Position numbers and translations under genes: made by a program. The notes under the pieces were generated by a model, which was not told where the DNA came from, searched no databases, and saw only the letters and a program-made list of their open reading frames with translations. Positions 1 to 9,808 of a stretch of 64,000 nucleotides of DNA are shown piece by piece. The stretch spans positions 110,749 to 174,748 of the forward strand of contig CAWFFV010000034.1 in assembly GCA_963814985.1 (NCBI GenBank), given 5' to 3'. This stretch comes from an uncultured Chloroflexia bacterium (GTDB lineage: Bacteria > Chloroflexota > Ktedonobacteria > Ktedonobacterales > Ktedonobacteraceae). Each line of letters starts with the position of its first letter. Position 1 is the stretch's first letter.

Positions 1-125
1 TCATCAGCAAACTCTTACCCGAAAATGGTAATGACCCGATCTCACATCCCTAAGGGACTTGCGAAAAGAAAAGTATCCCAAAAGTGATATACTGAAGACA
101 AAAAAGCGGATGGTGAGACAGAAAA

Positions 126-584
126 ATGGAACTTGTGGAGGAAACGAAAAAGCTGCTCATGGAAACGGCAAAAGATCTCAAAGGGAGATCACGTCGTTTG
201 TTCATGGCACGGACGGTGGCGGCATTGGGAAAAGGTGGTCAACGTTTAGCAGAACGGGAATTCGGTTGGAATCGTAAAACCATCCGGAAAGGGCAGGAAG
301 AACTTTCACATGATATTGTTTGTCTCGATGCGTACTCGTCGCGAGGTCGGAAACGGAGCGAAGATCATCTCCCGAACTTGCTCAGTGATATCACAGCCAT
401 TGTAGACGGACAGAGTCAAGCCGATCCCCAATTTCGGACAAACCGTCTCTACACAAGGCTCACGGCAACAGAAGTTCGCCGCCAGTTAATGGCACAAAAG
501 GGCTACACGGATGAGGAATTACCTACTGCTGAGACAATTGCGACCAAACTCAACCAATTAGGGTATTCTCTCAGAGATCCGTAA
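126..584 (+). CDS. ISAzo13-family transposase, N-terminal HTH fragment only. The DDE domain is missing and the ORF ends inside a partial CRISPR repeat.
   Basis: The motif block (GRSRRLFMARTVAALGKGG...KTIRKG...RLTATEVRRQLMAQKGYTDEELPTAETIATKLNQLGYSL) matches the N-terminal region of DDE_Tnp_ISAZ013 transposases. The stop codon TAA at 582-584 lies within the truncated repeat at 573-595. Confidence 0.5.
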   Translation: MELVEETKKLLMETAKDLKGRSRRLFMARTVAALGKGGQRLAEREFGWNRKTIRKGQEELSHDIVCLDAYSSRGRKRSEDHLPNLLSDITAIVDGQSQADPQFRTNRLYTRLTATEVRRQLMAQKGYTDEELPTAETIATKLNQLGYSLRDP

Positions 585-965
585 GGAATTGCAACTATTT
601 TCGCCTTCTTTGTTGGCCATAGGTTTCTTACCTTGTCTAAATGGGAGAAGAGATCCGTTAGGAGTTGCAACGCTTTTTCCTGCTTCTTACGCTCTTGTTC
701 TTCAACAGTCTAAATGGGAGAAGGGATCCGTTCGGAATTGCAACAAGTGTGATGGCAGTTACAATAACCGCCAATGTTAATGTCAAAATGGGAGAAGAGA
801 TCCGATAGGAATTGCAACTTTATACTTCCTGATACAAGCCATCGTGTAGCCATTGGTCAAAATGGGAGAAGAGATCCGATAGGAATTGCAACATGTTTTT
901 TACTGCTTAACGCAGATTTCTTCTTAAAGTCTAAATGGGAGAAGGGATCCGATAGGAATTGCAAC
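573..965. CRISPR. CRISPR array with 6 full 37-bp repeats plus one 5'-truncated repeat. Spacers are 36-39 bp and the repeats are slightly degenerate.
   Basis: Repeats GTCWAAATGGGAGAAGRGATCCGNTNGGARTTGCAAC lie at 635-671, 708-744, 782-818, 856-892 and 929-965. A partial repeat (its last 23 nt) lies at 573-595. Spacers are unique and 36-39 nt long. No cas genes are present in the window. Confidence 0.88.
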
Positions 966-1391
966 ATTGAGGTAAATATACGTCTGCACGTATAGACGTA
1001 GCCAATAATGCCGTCTCGCGTGTTGCCGGTCTACTGGCAATTGCTATACTGAGTATTTTTGTATTACAGACTTTTAATAATACGCTTGACAGCCGCCTGA
1101 CGGCGTTACGAGTAACCCCTGAGGTACGGCAGGCTCTGGATGCTCAACGTTGTGTGATATATAGGGAGGCAACGGCACGCCAGCGGTAGTTGTATAAAGC
1201 GTTGCTTGCGGAGTAACAGAGATGTATGGCTATGGCCACCATTTACAAGCCCGCATTATTATTAACGGCATAACAAGCTTATAAACCATGCTCTTACAGG
1301 CCTCTTCCAGATTTGACTTAAAAGCAGTATACTGTTGAGCATCGTAAGGAAGAAGAGGTGAATGTGACCTGGTAGGGAAATCAACAGAAAT

Positions 1392-2386
1392 TTGCACAAA
1401 AAGGAAAGCAGAAGAGAGATGGCCAAAAAGAAACAACGTAAAACCTCATCATCTACACATCATAATGAACAAATTCGACAACAACCAGGTCAATCGAATG
1501 ATGTACAAAGCCAAACAACAAAGAGGAAAAGTCGAAAACGTGTCAGCTCTCGACGTAGCCCCTGGCTTCTCGTCGGTGGCATACTGATTGCGACAGCTGC
1601 CATCATTGGTCTTTTTGCCTTCCTCTCGAACCAATCCAGCTCACACACAAATGGTCCGACAAATACTCCGACAGATGCGGTGACCTTCAAGGATGTAACG
1701 AATGTTGACTCCAAGCTCCTGTCTCAAATTGGTACAGGCGGAGTCCCCAACCCTTTCAAGGTAACGCAGAACTCTGCGCCATTACTCATAGGTCCAACCG
1801 GAAAGCCTGAGGTATTTTATTATGGAGCGGAGTTCTGCCACTATGTGCTGCTGAACGATGGGGCATTGTTGTCGCGATGAGTCATTTCGGCACATTCCAG
1901 GGTTTGAAAGAAACAACGTCTGCAAGCGACGACAGCGACCCAAATACCTCAACCTTTACCTTCTATCAGAGTAGCTATACCAGCAGTTACGTCGATTTCG
2001 TTCCACTCGAAAACGAGGATCGCCAACATAACGTGTTGCAGGCCCCAACAAATGACGAACAACAACTCCTCACTCGTTATAACATCGATGGGTATCCTTT
2101 TATGGACATTGGTGATCGGTATTTGCTTGAGAGCGCAAGTTATGATCCTGGAGTGCTCAGAGCTGATTCACAAGACCCCAATTCACAGCCAATGTCTCAG
2201 CAAGATATTGCCAGCCAGCTCTCCAGTGACAACGCCATCTCAAAGGATATCCTGGGAACTGCCAATTACCTTACCGCTGCGATCTGCTCGATCACAAAAA
2301 TCAGCCCTCTAATGTATGTAGCGATTCCTCGATTCAGCAGATTGAGACGTCTCTCTCCCAGACTCAGACAGGCCAGTCAAACGTGA
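1392..2386 (+). CDS. DUF929-domain membrane-anchored protein, interrupted by a 1-nt frameshift near 1845-1850.
   Basis: The N-terminal Lys/Arg-rich region is followed by one TM helix. The conserved DUF929 motif GAEFCxYCAAERW...SHFGTF is split between frame 1 (GAEFCHY) and the next frame (CAAERWGIVVAMSHFGTFQGL). Confidence 0.6.
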
Positions 2387-2459
2387 CTTCCGGTAGCTCA
2401 TCACTGCTGGCAATTGCAAGCACTCCCGCATTCGATGTCTGGCGCAGGCAAGGTTTGTT

Positions 2460-3107
2460 TTAGGGATTATATCTCGTGAGAGAGGAAATCCATTCCGAAG
2501 TATACCGTTGCAGAGGAGCAGAAACGGTATAGACCTGTTCTTGGGGAACGGGTGGCAACCGTTCTGCTCCGCTCTGAATTGCTTCTTTGATGGCATATGC
2601 GAGTTGTGTGACATCTTCAATCCCTAAAATCCATGTATTCACATATTCATGGACGACACTACCGCGCAAACCCAGTTGTAATGCACGCCTTTCCAGCTTT
2701 CGGAGTTGCACATCACGATCAGGGTCCCATTGATAGCGGACCTCTGACATATCCAGGGCATTGCGCCATGTCTCTTCTGATGGAAAGATGCCAGATACTT
2801 TCTCAAAGGAAGTAGATATCCCTTTGGCAAGGATCGTTTGAAACCCTTCATGGCTCAATTTAATCTTCAAAATGCGCTCTTGCCTATGCTTCGTAGCATA
2901 CCCCGAACGATACAGCATCCAACCCAAAGATGGCTTAATCCAGGTCATTCTCTCAAACGTAAAGCCTTTTCCAAATGTTCCCTTATGTACCGCTTCCTCT
3001 GCAATGGAGGGTTTGAAAGCTTGATAGACAAAAATGCCCTCTTCATCGAAGTCCGCTAGAATTTGTCGAGGTTTCGCAGGTTCTTCATATTCTCTTCTTC
3101 CTGTCAT
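2460..3107 (-). CDS. DUF4291-domain protein.
   Basis: Motifs FVYQAF...ERMTWIKPSLGWMLYRSGYATKHRQERILKIKLSHEGF are typical of the DUF4291 family. Confidence 0.65.
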   Translation of the reverse strand: MTGRREYEEPAKPRQILADFDEEGIFVYQAFKPSIAEEAVHKGTFGKGFTFERMTWIKPSLGWMLYRSGYATKHRQERILKIKLSHEGFQTILAKGISTSFEKVSGIFPSEETWRNALDMSEVRYQWDPDRDVQLRKLERRALQLGLRGSVVHEYVNTWILGIEDVTQLAYAIKEAIQSGAERLPPVPQEQVYTVSAPLQRYTSEWISSLTRYNP

Positions 3108-3489
3108 TCCTTATTTTTACGTTCGAATATGCTCATAATACTGTACACCAGGCAAGCTAGCACTAGCATTATAAACCATGGAAGGCAAAGAGTATAACCT
3201 TGTAATTCCGTATTTCTAGCAGTACTTCCCTCCTATTGCGCTTGTATATCACTTAGTCTTCTGCTATACTTATGCTTATCGTATGTTACAATACGAAATC
3301 ATCCATAAATGTACATGGGGAGTTGTTATGTACGATCAACCACCAGAGCCATCCTACCAGCCTGCACAAGAACCTTCACCGTATACACAATATCCACTAC
3401 AACCACCACCTCCTCCACCAAAATCTTAAGTACCACCGGAGTATGTACAATTACCGCCAACGGAATATGTACAATCGTCACCAGAATCT

Positions 3490-4101
3490 TTGCCACCAAC
3501 AGCATATGCACAATCGCCACAAGATCCATACTCTCCAGCGCAACCTTCTCAGAAAAAAGGTGGTTCTAAATGGCTGGCCGTAGTCAGCGGTGTCGTAGTT
3601 GGTTTAATTGTAATTGCCACCATTGTAGCCTTATTGATAGCAAGGAGCCATAATAGGGGAACTGCTACCACTAACAATCCTCCTTCACAGATTACAGTGA
3701 CAAATTATGCTCCCGTTGCTAACGTTGGGCAAGCACTTGTTGTCAATCATGTAGAATGTACATTGGTCTCCGTACGACCTGTACCGGGAGATGGTTACGT
3801 CAATCCAAAGGCGGGATATGAATTTATTGCGGTACATGTGAGGTTGGTAAATCGAGATGTTAGTGTCGTCTTCTACGACGTTCTGAATTTTCGCATCAAA
3901 GACGGGGCAGGCCGCAACATTGGCCATAGTATTCTCACTCCGAACACAGTTCCCGCCTATCAACAACTCCATTATGGAAAAATTGACGTTGGATATCTTG
4001 TTACAGGAGATATTGTCTTTCAGGTCCCGATAGGTGACCATACGGCACAACTTGTCTGGTTTCCTAATATTACTCCGAGGATCTGGAATCTGGGCTTATA
4101 G
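3490..4101 (+). CDS. DUF4352-like secreted or membrane-anchored protein. An in-frame proline-rich region upstream starts at ATG 3328 and is interrupted by a TAA stop at 3427.
   Basis: A TM helix (LAVVSGVVVGLIVIATIVALLIA) is followed by a beta-rich domain resembling DUF4352. The upstream segment 3328-3489 is in the same frame, encodes proline/tyrosine/glutamine-rich repeats, and contains a single in-frame stop. Confidence 0.55.
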   Translation: MPPTAYAQSPQDPYSPAQPSQKKGGSKWLAVVSGVVVGLIVIATIVALLIARSHNRGTATTNNPPSQITVTNYAPVANVGQALVVNHVECTLVSVRPVPGDGYVNPKAGYEFIAVHVRLVNRDVSVVFYDVLNFRIKDGAGRNIGHSILTPNTVPAYQQLHYGKIDVGYLVTGDIVFQVPIGDHTAQLVWFPNITPRIWNLGL

Positions 4102-4194
4102 CAGCAGATTTAGCCAGGCTTGCTCCGAAATGTCCTCTTGAAAATCTCTGACCGGCGCGCCTGAAAGAAGCTTGCATCAACTTCACTTCATCCT

Positions 4195-6130
4195 GCCGAC
4201 CTGACAGAAAAGAACCCGCCGCAAGCCGTTGCGGTTTGAACCCATGCGGTCAGGCGGGTTTTCTACGGCTTTAGCCCTTGCTTGTTGCATTCTGTCTAAA
4301 TTTCATTATACTGGATGTATGGAAAAGACAGATCGACTGAGCTACAAGCGAGAGGAACACCGATCATTTCATTTGAGGCGTGAATTCCCTGAAATCCTCA
4401 CCAAATTGCCCTCAACGTGGACCCGTTCGTATTTCTCTAGCACTGCTGGCGCGGTAAGCGCAGAAACGATTCAGAAATACATTGATGCTCAGAAAGGCGT
4501 GTAACGCACATGGCAAAGGCGACCAGGACGATCCAGCAGGCTTTGAACTATCAGCCCGACCATGCAGCATGGTTTGCGGCCAACCAGGACCAGTTTAACC
4601 GTGTGGTCGCCTTTTACTTTGGCGTGATCAATGCCCATGAAAAGCTGATGGATCTCTCCAATAAAGAGGCCCTCTCTGCACTAGAGAAACTCACTCACCG
4701 GACAACGGACAACCCCGATCCGATCATGCCTTTGACCTCAATTGCGGAACATATCCCCGCGATGTTCCGGCGTGCCGCCATTAACGCAGCGCTCGGCTCT
4801 GCACATGCATTCTTCAGCAGCCTCAAGAAGTGGAAAGCCAGGAAAGCAAAAGCAGAGGCCAGGGGCAAGAAATGCAAAGATCGTCCACCCGTGCCCCCAC
4901 GCACCTGGAGAAAATCTGCCTCATTCTATGCTGGCATGTGGAAAGACCGAACGGCTTCTACTCTCCTGCTCAAGGTGTGGACCGGCTCGTGTTGGGCCTG
5001 GGTCAAGGTGCGAACGCTGGGAAGAGAGGGAGAAAACGGCTTTGAACCGGGTAGCCCCTCTTTAGTCTGCAAAGGCAAGCAGTGGTGGCTGCATACTCCT
5101 GTTGAGAAGAAATTCACCAGTCCAGCAAAAGTCGCTGAGCAGATCACCAATACCACGACAAAACTCTGTTCAGTTGATCTCAATCTCGGCGAGAACCTCG
5201 CCGTCTGCACTATTCAGACTGTCGAAGGTACAATTCTTTCCACCCGATTTCTCAAAGGTGGCAAACGGGTAAACGGCTTTAGGAAGAGACAGCTCGGAAT
5301 CATTGCACGGAATCGCCGCAAGACGGGAATCATTGCCGAAGGGGAGCAGGATAATGCTGCGCTCTGGCAACAGATCCGCCACCATGATGAAACCCAGTCC
5401 CATCAGATCAGCGCCCGCATTGTCCAATTTGCCAAAGCTCACGATGCAAGCATCCTGGTCTTTGAACACTTAGGCAATCTGAAGCCAGAGCGAGGAAAAT
5501 ATAGCAAACGCGGCAATACCAAACGTGCCTTCTGGATGAAGGGGCGTATCTTCCAATACGCCAAATACAAAGCCTGGAATGAAGGCATCATCACGAGCCG
5601 CGTCAACCCTCGCAACACGAGCCGCGAATGCGCCCGTTGCCATTCGTTGGTGATCCGCTATGCACAAGGATCACTCGAAGAAGGCTACACGATAGGGACT
5701 CCACTCGTGGTCTGTTCCTCCTGTGGGATGCGGGGCAATGCTGATCGCAATGCCGCCATCGTGATCGGGCGGCGGCTCATCACCCGTCATCAAGAAAAGC
5801 CTCACACTCTTCCTGCTCAAAAAGCGAGGGAGGATGAGAAATCATCAGGTGAGATCATCTGCCAGGATGCCAAAAGGGATGAGAGACCGTCCATCTCTCG
5901 AACTGGGCGTGCAGATCATCTGGGGCATGGCACCGCCCACGAGAGAAAGCGCCGGATCTATTCCTACCCAACTACGCCTATTCACCGAGTAGCTTCTACG
6001 AGGCACATACTCACAATGAGCGACTACGGAGGAGTGGAAGAAGCCGCCGTCCCTTCAGGGCGTGCGGAGTGTCACGGAGTCGTGAAATTGATGTTTTGCG
6101 GCTGATGGCCAGGGGAATAATATACAATTT
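4195..6130 (+). mobile_element. IS200/IS605-family (IS1341-like) element carrying tnpB only; boundaries are approximate.
   Basis: A GC-rich nested hairpin at about 4209-4262 (cccgccgcaagccgttgcgg...ggcggg) precedes a TnpB ORF. No tnpA gene is present. Confidence 0.45.
4510..6105 (+). CDS. tnpB: TnpB (OrfB) RuvC-like RNA-guided nuclease of the IS605/IS607 family, with a long C-terminal extension.
   Basis: A RuvC-like core is followed by the zinc finger CARCHS...CSSCG and the motif NADRNAAIVIGRR. The ORF is 531 aa versus a typical size near 400 aa, so the 3' roughly 300 nt probably overlaps the omega-RNA or right-end region. Confidence 0.85.
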   Translation: MAKATRTIQQALNYQPDHAAWFAANQDQFNRVVAFYFGVINAHEKLMDLSNKEALSALEKLTHRTTDNPDPIMPLTSIAEHIPAMFRRAAINAALGSAHAFFSSLKKWKARKAKAEARGKKCKDRPPVPPRTWRKSASFYAGMWKDRTASTLLLKVWTGSCWAWVKVRTLGREGENGFEPGSPSLVCKGKQWWLHTPVEKKFTSPAKVAEQITNTTTKLCSVDLNLGENLAVCTIQTVEGTILSTRFLKGGKRVNGFRKRQLGIIARNRRKTGIIAEGEQDNAALWQQIRHHDETQSHQISARIVQFAKAHDASILVFEHLGNLKPERGKYSKRGNTKRAFWMKGRIFQYAKYKAWNEGIITSRVNPRNTSRECARCHSLVIRYAQGSLEEGYTIGTPLVVCSSCGMRGNADRNAAIVIGRRLITRHQEKPHTLPAQKAREDEKSSGEIICQDAKRDERPSISRTGRADHLGHGTAHERKRRIYSYPTTPIHRVASTRHILTMSDYGGVEEAAVPSGRAECHGVVKLMFCG

Positions 6131-6191
6131 TGCGTTGTTCTCTGAATATAAGAAAGCTATTCCCTCGTATCACTAAAAAGGAGTAATCGTT

Positions 6192-6476
6192 GTGCCAAAA
6201 GCGATCTGGAATGGTATTACAATAGCTGAAAGTGACAAATGTATTGTTGTGGAAGGCAATCAATATTTTCCGCATGAGGCAATACATCGTGAATATTTTA
6301 GAGAGAGCAGCACACAGACTACCTGTCCCTGGAAAGGAATGGCAAGCTACTACTTGCTAGAGGTCAATGGTCAGACCAATGAGGATGCCGCCTGGTATTA
6401 TCCTCACCCTAAGAAAGCGGCTGCACGAATCAAAGATTATGTTGCTTTCTGGCGAGGCGTCAAAATTGAACCCTAA
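6192..6476 (+). CDS. DUF427-domain protein.
   Basis: Contains the family signature CPWKGMASYY (consensus CPYKGxASY). Confidence 0.75.
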   Translation: MPKAIWNGITIAESDKCIVVEGNQYFPHEAIHREYFRESSTQTTCPWKGMASYYLLEVNGQTNEDAAWYYPHPKKAAARIKDYVAFWRGVKIEP

Positions 6477-6526
6477 AGTTCTTCTGAGTGCAAACGAGCA
6501 GATCAGGTAAGATAGGAAACTCAGCT

Positions 6527-8092
6527 ATGACCGGGAAGGCAAAAATTCTTGTAACTGTGGCACTGATGCTTGGGATGTCTCTGGCCGCCCTGGATGCTAC
6601 TATTGTTGGAACTGCATTGCCAAGCATAGTAGGAAAACTGGGAGGTATCACCCTTTACTCATGGGTCTTCTCGGCCTACCTGCTGACCTCTACAACAACC
6701 GTTCCTATCTATGGCAAACTTGCCGATCTTTATGGACGCAAGCCACTCTTCCTCTTTGGCTCAGGACTCTTCTTACTCGGTTCGATTACCTCTGGTGCCG
6801 CACAAACAATGGAGCAGTTAATCATCTTTCGTGCCATCCAGGGATTGGGAGCAGGTGCAGTGCTGCCCCTCGTACTAACAATCATCGGTGATATTTTTTC
6901 GTTGGAAGAACGTGCCAGAGTGCAGGGGTTGTTCAGCGCTGTGTGGGGATTGTCGAGCGTAGTAGGACCTGCTCTCGGAGGACTGATCGTTGATCATTTC
7001 TCCTGGCGCTGGGTCTTTTATATCAACATTCCCTTTGGTCTCCTCTCGGCGCTCTTGCTGATGTTCTCTCTACAGGAAAATGTTGAGCGAAAAAAGCATC
7101 ATCTAGACTATATCGGCACATTGACATTGACCGGAGGAATTGTCGCACTCCTTCTTGCCCTCTTACAAGGTGGTACCAACTGGGCATGGACTTCCTTTCC
7201 CAGCCTCGGTTTATTTACTCTTGCCATCATCTTGCTCGTCCTCTTCCTCCGCGAAGAGCAGCATGCAGTAGAGCCAATTCTGCCGTTAACCCTCTTCAAC
7301 AACCGCATCATTACCCTATCCAGTCTAGGTGCGGTAGCCCTGGGTATCATCATGTTTGGTGTTACGTCCTATGTTCCGCTCTTTGTTCAGGGTGTCAAGG
7401 GAGGCACTGCTACCAGTGCAGGCATTGTTCTTGGCCCATTGCTCCTGGCCTGGCCGATTGCTGCAATGATGAGCAGTAAGATTATCATTCGCTATGGGTA
7501 TCGCCTGACGGCCGCAACAGGGGCACTCCTTTCGATGATAGGCATCATAATGGTTACCCTCTTCAATACAGAGACTGGACTCACCTTTGTCGTCGCCGCC
7601 ATGATCTTGACCGGCCTTGGTCTGGGCTTTACCAGTACAGCCCAGACGCTGTCTGTACAAAATGCTGTGCCCTGGAGACTGCGTGGTGTAGCAACCGCTT
7701 CCACACAGTTTTTCCGCTCCATTGGTGGTACCATCGGGGTTGCAGTAATGGGAACGATCCTCAATGCACAAATGGCTCTGCGCTTCGCGCCCATCTTCAC
7801 TCACTTTACGGCTACAGTCCAACATTTACCCAGGAATGTTGCATATGCAAATGTGTTACTTACTCCTGAGTTGCGTGCCTCTCTCCCTTCAGCTTTTCTG
7901 CATCAATTACAAGTGGCAATGGCACAGAGCTTGTTTTGGATCTATATGCTGATACTGGTATTGGCCGTTTTTGGCTTCGTAATGATGCTCTTCCTACCGG
8001 GAGGCCGTGCCGAGCAATATGTCTATAAAGCAGAGGCAGGTGAAGGAGATCCCTCTGAGGTGGTATCGGAGCCTTTAGCAAATATTGGGTGA
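6527..8092 (+). CDS. MFS transporter of the DHA2 (EmrB/QacA) drug:H+ antiporter family, with 14 predicted TM segments.
   Basis: Motifs LDATIVGTALPSIVGKLGG and GKLADLYGRKPLF are present, with many TM segments. An alternative GTG start lies at 6488. Confidence 0.88.
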   Translation: MTGKAKILVTVALMLGMSLAALDATIVGTALPSIVGKLGGITLYSWVFSAYLLTSTTTVPIYGKLADLYGRKPLFLFGSGLFLLGSITSGAAQTMEQLIIFRAIQGLGAGAVLPLVLTIIGDIFSLEERARVQGLFSAVWGLSSVVGPALGGLIVDHFSWRWVFYINIPFGLLSALLLMFSLQENVERKKHHLDYIGTLTLTGGIVALLLALLQGGTNWAWTSFPSLGLFTLAIILLVLFLREEQHAVEPILPLTLFNNRIITLSSLGAVALGIIMFGVTSYVPLFVQGVKGGTATSAGIVLGPLLLAWPIAAMMSSKIIIRYGYRLTAATGALLSMIGIIMVTLFNTETGLTFVVAAMILTGLGLGFTSTAQTLSVQNAVPWRLRGVATASTQFFRSIGGTIGVAVMGTILNAQMALRFAPIFTHFTATVQHLPRNVAYANVLLTPELRASLPSAFLHQLQVAMAQSLFWIYMLILVLAVFGFVMMLFLPGGRAEQYVYKAEAGEGDPSEVVSEPLANIG

Positions 8093-8140
8093 GCAGTACT
8101 CAATATTTTTTGGTAATAAAGAGGGTTGTTTGGGAGAGGA

Positions 8141-8216
8141 TGGCGCGCCCAGCAGGGATCGAACCTGCGGCCAACCGCTTAGAAGGCGGTTGCTCTATCC
8201 ACTGAGCTATGGGCGC
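8141..8216 (-). tRNA. tRNA-Arg (anticodon TCT).
   Basis: The reverse complement reads GCGCCCATAGCTCAGTGGATAGAGCAACCGCCTTCTAAGCGGTTGGCCGCAGGTTCGATCCCTGCTGGGCGCGCCA. It forms a cloverleaf with a 7-nt anticodon loop CTTCTAA and has an encoded CCA end. Confidence 0.85.
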
Positions 8217-8361
8217 AATCTCACAGTCGAAAGCATGCTAACTTCAACTGCCACCCCCATAATAACAAGTCATGTTGTGGCCTGTCAAGTACCTGAATAT
8301 GAGATACAATAAATAGCACAGAATGTTTGTTCATCAAAAATTTGGAGGATTTTATTTAGGA

Positions 8362-8964
8362 ATGTGGACAAAAAATTTTTCATGGAAGATTACATTAGTA
8401 CTTGGTAGCCTCATGCTCTTCATGCTAGTCGCCTGTGGCGATGGGAATAATGGAAGTGCAAAAGCTACCCCTACATCTGCTCCACCGACAACGAGCACTC
8501 TGAGCACCTATAAAGGGGATGGCTATGAGATTGGCTATCCTCAGAGCTGGAAAGTCAATACAGGGAGTAATGGTCTCGTCACCTTTGCCGATCCTCAGGG
8601 GATTGCTTATGTCACTATCCATGTAATGCCCAATCCCAACGGAATAATCTCTACGGCTAACCAGGTGGAACTTGGATTACAGGGATTCAAATCACAGGCG
8701 AAGAATTACCAACAAGCGAATATTTCTCCAACGGCTACGCTAGGTGGTGATACCTGGAGCCAGGGTTCAGCCAGTGGAGAGGTGAAGGTTAACGGCCAAC
8801 CTACCCCTGTTTTGGTGAAAACCGTTATCCTTGCCAACAATCGTCCGGCACAGACACTTTCAACCAGAAGTTTTGTCATTGCCTATGCAACAGGTCAGCA
8901 GGTTTTTGATCTGGCAGATGTAGGTTTTTTCCAGCCAATGTTGCAATCGTTCAAGTTTGTCTAA
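8362..8964 (+). CDS. Hypothetical secreted protein or lipoprotein.
   Basis: A signal-like TM segment ends in the lipobox-like LVACGDG. The rest is Thr/Ser/Pro-rich and beta-rich. Confidence 0.45.
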   Translation: MWTKNFSWKITLVLGSLMLFMLVACGDGNNGSAKATPTSAPPTTSTLSTYKGDGYEIGYPQSWKVNTGSNGLVTFADPQGIAYVTIHVMPNPNGIISTANQVELGLQGFKSQAKNYQQANISPTATLGGDTWSQGSASGEVKVNGQPTPVLVKTVILANNRPAQTLSTRSFVIAYATGQQVFDLADVGFFQPMLQSFKFV

Positions 8965-8976
8965 ATGGATCTGGTC

Positions 8977-9128
8977 ATAAGTCATCCCGGTAACTATTCA
9001 GGTGTTCTCACCATCTGCGGTGGCCCGCCCTCGTTTTGTTGGCAGTGGCAGGGTTTGCGCCGCAAACCCTGCCACTGCCAACAAAACCTACGAAGCGCCT
9101 GTGGCGCTGAGGAGGCAGGGAAAAGGGA
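8977..9128 (+). repeat. Family-1 palindromic MITE copy; the right TIR is missing.
   Basis: A GTCATCCCG remnant is followed by GTAACTATTCAGGT, then ...CACCATCTGCGGTGG..., then a perfect 55-nt palindrome (GTTTTGTTGGCAGTGGCAGGGTTTGCG-C-CGCAAACCCTGCCACTGCCAACAAAAC), then CTACGAAGCGCCTGTGGCGCTGAGGAGGCAGGGAAAAG. Confidence 0.75.
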
Positions 9129-9166
9129 TGTCTCTAAATGCTGCTCTCACAGCGAGAGCGGCATTG

Positions 9167-9781
9167 TTATGTCATTATCTCTATGATCTTCTGTTGTAGA
9201 ATAGTCTCATCGACAGGACCAACCACCATCGAGCGAATAATCCCATGGAGGTCGATAAAATAGGAGGTTGGTGTCCCTTCCAGATTATACAGCGTTGCCA
9301 CACGATTATGCTCATCTAGAAGTACTGGATAGGTCAGATTATACTGCTGTACAAACTGTCGTGTGGTTTGTTCATCATCGACGCTATTCACACTCAGTAT
9401 GACAAAGCTCCTGCCTTCTGCCCGTTGGGATGCATAAAATCTCTGCATAGCAGGGATCTCTGCAAGACAACCAGGGCATGTCGCATACCAGAAGTTGAGT
9501 ATAACAGCTTTGTCACGGTAGTCACTCAAGCTCACTCGTACATCATCCAATCTCGCAAGAGTAAAATTGGGTGCGACACTGCCAATCTGGAGACCGACTG
9601 GTACCAACGAAGATGATGATGGAGAGAAAGGTTGTGTCACAGGAATAGCAGGCTTGAGTAATCCTGTCGTGATGATGGCCAGTGTTGCAATAACAGTCAC
9701 GACAATAATGCTACGAGTGATAAGTGCGGGTATGCTTCGACCAGCCGTAAGAGTCTGATGACGACTATCAGATTTACTCAT
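9167..9781 (-). CDS. Membrane-anchored thiol-disulfide oxidoreductase of the TlpA/ResA (redoxin) family.
   Basis: An N-terminal TM segment precedes the CxxC active site WYATCPGC, within a thioredoxin-fold motif set (VILNFW ... YPVLLD). Confidence 0.8.
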   Translation of the reverse strand: MSKSDSRHQTLTAGRSIPALITRSIIVVTVIATLAIITTGLLKPAIPVTQPFSPSSSSLVPVGLQIGSVAPNFTLARLDDVRVSLSDYRDKAVILNFWYATCPGCLAEIPAMQRFYASQRAEGRSFVILSVNSVDDEQTTRQFVQQYNLTYPVLLDEHNRVATLYNLEGTPTSYFIDLHGIIRSMVVGPVDETILQQKIIEIMT

Positions 9782-9808
9782 GAGATGTTTCTCTCCCAGG
9801 AAAGGCTT

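Noticed and set aside
589-995. ORFs 589..780 and 774..995 (+) predicted inside the CRISPR array.
   Set aside because: They are translated from repeats and spacers. The repeated peptide motif (KWEKGSVRNCN) is a repeat artefact and not a gene.
3272-3583. ORFs 3272..3583 and 3309..3569 (+) encoding His/Asn/Thr-rich low-complexity peptides.
   Set aside because: These are alternative frames of the Pro-rich N-terminal region of the DUF4352 gene (frame of 3328/3490). They reflect low-complexity composition and not genes.
4229-4504. 91-aa ORF upstream of tnpB, considered as a possible TnpA.
   Set aside because: It has no similarity to Y1 (HuH) or serine-recombinase TnpA. It overlaps the IS left-end hairpins and is most likely non-coding.
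8085-8312. 75-aa ORF on the + strand.
   Set aside because: It overlaps the minus-strand tRNA-Arg at 8141-8216 and is spurious.
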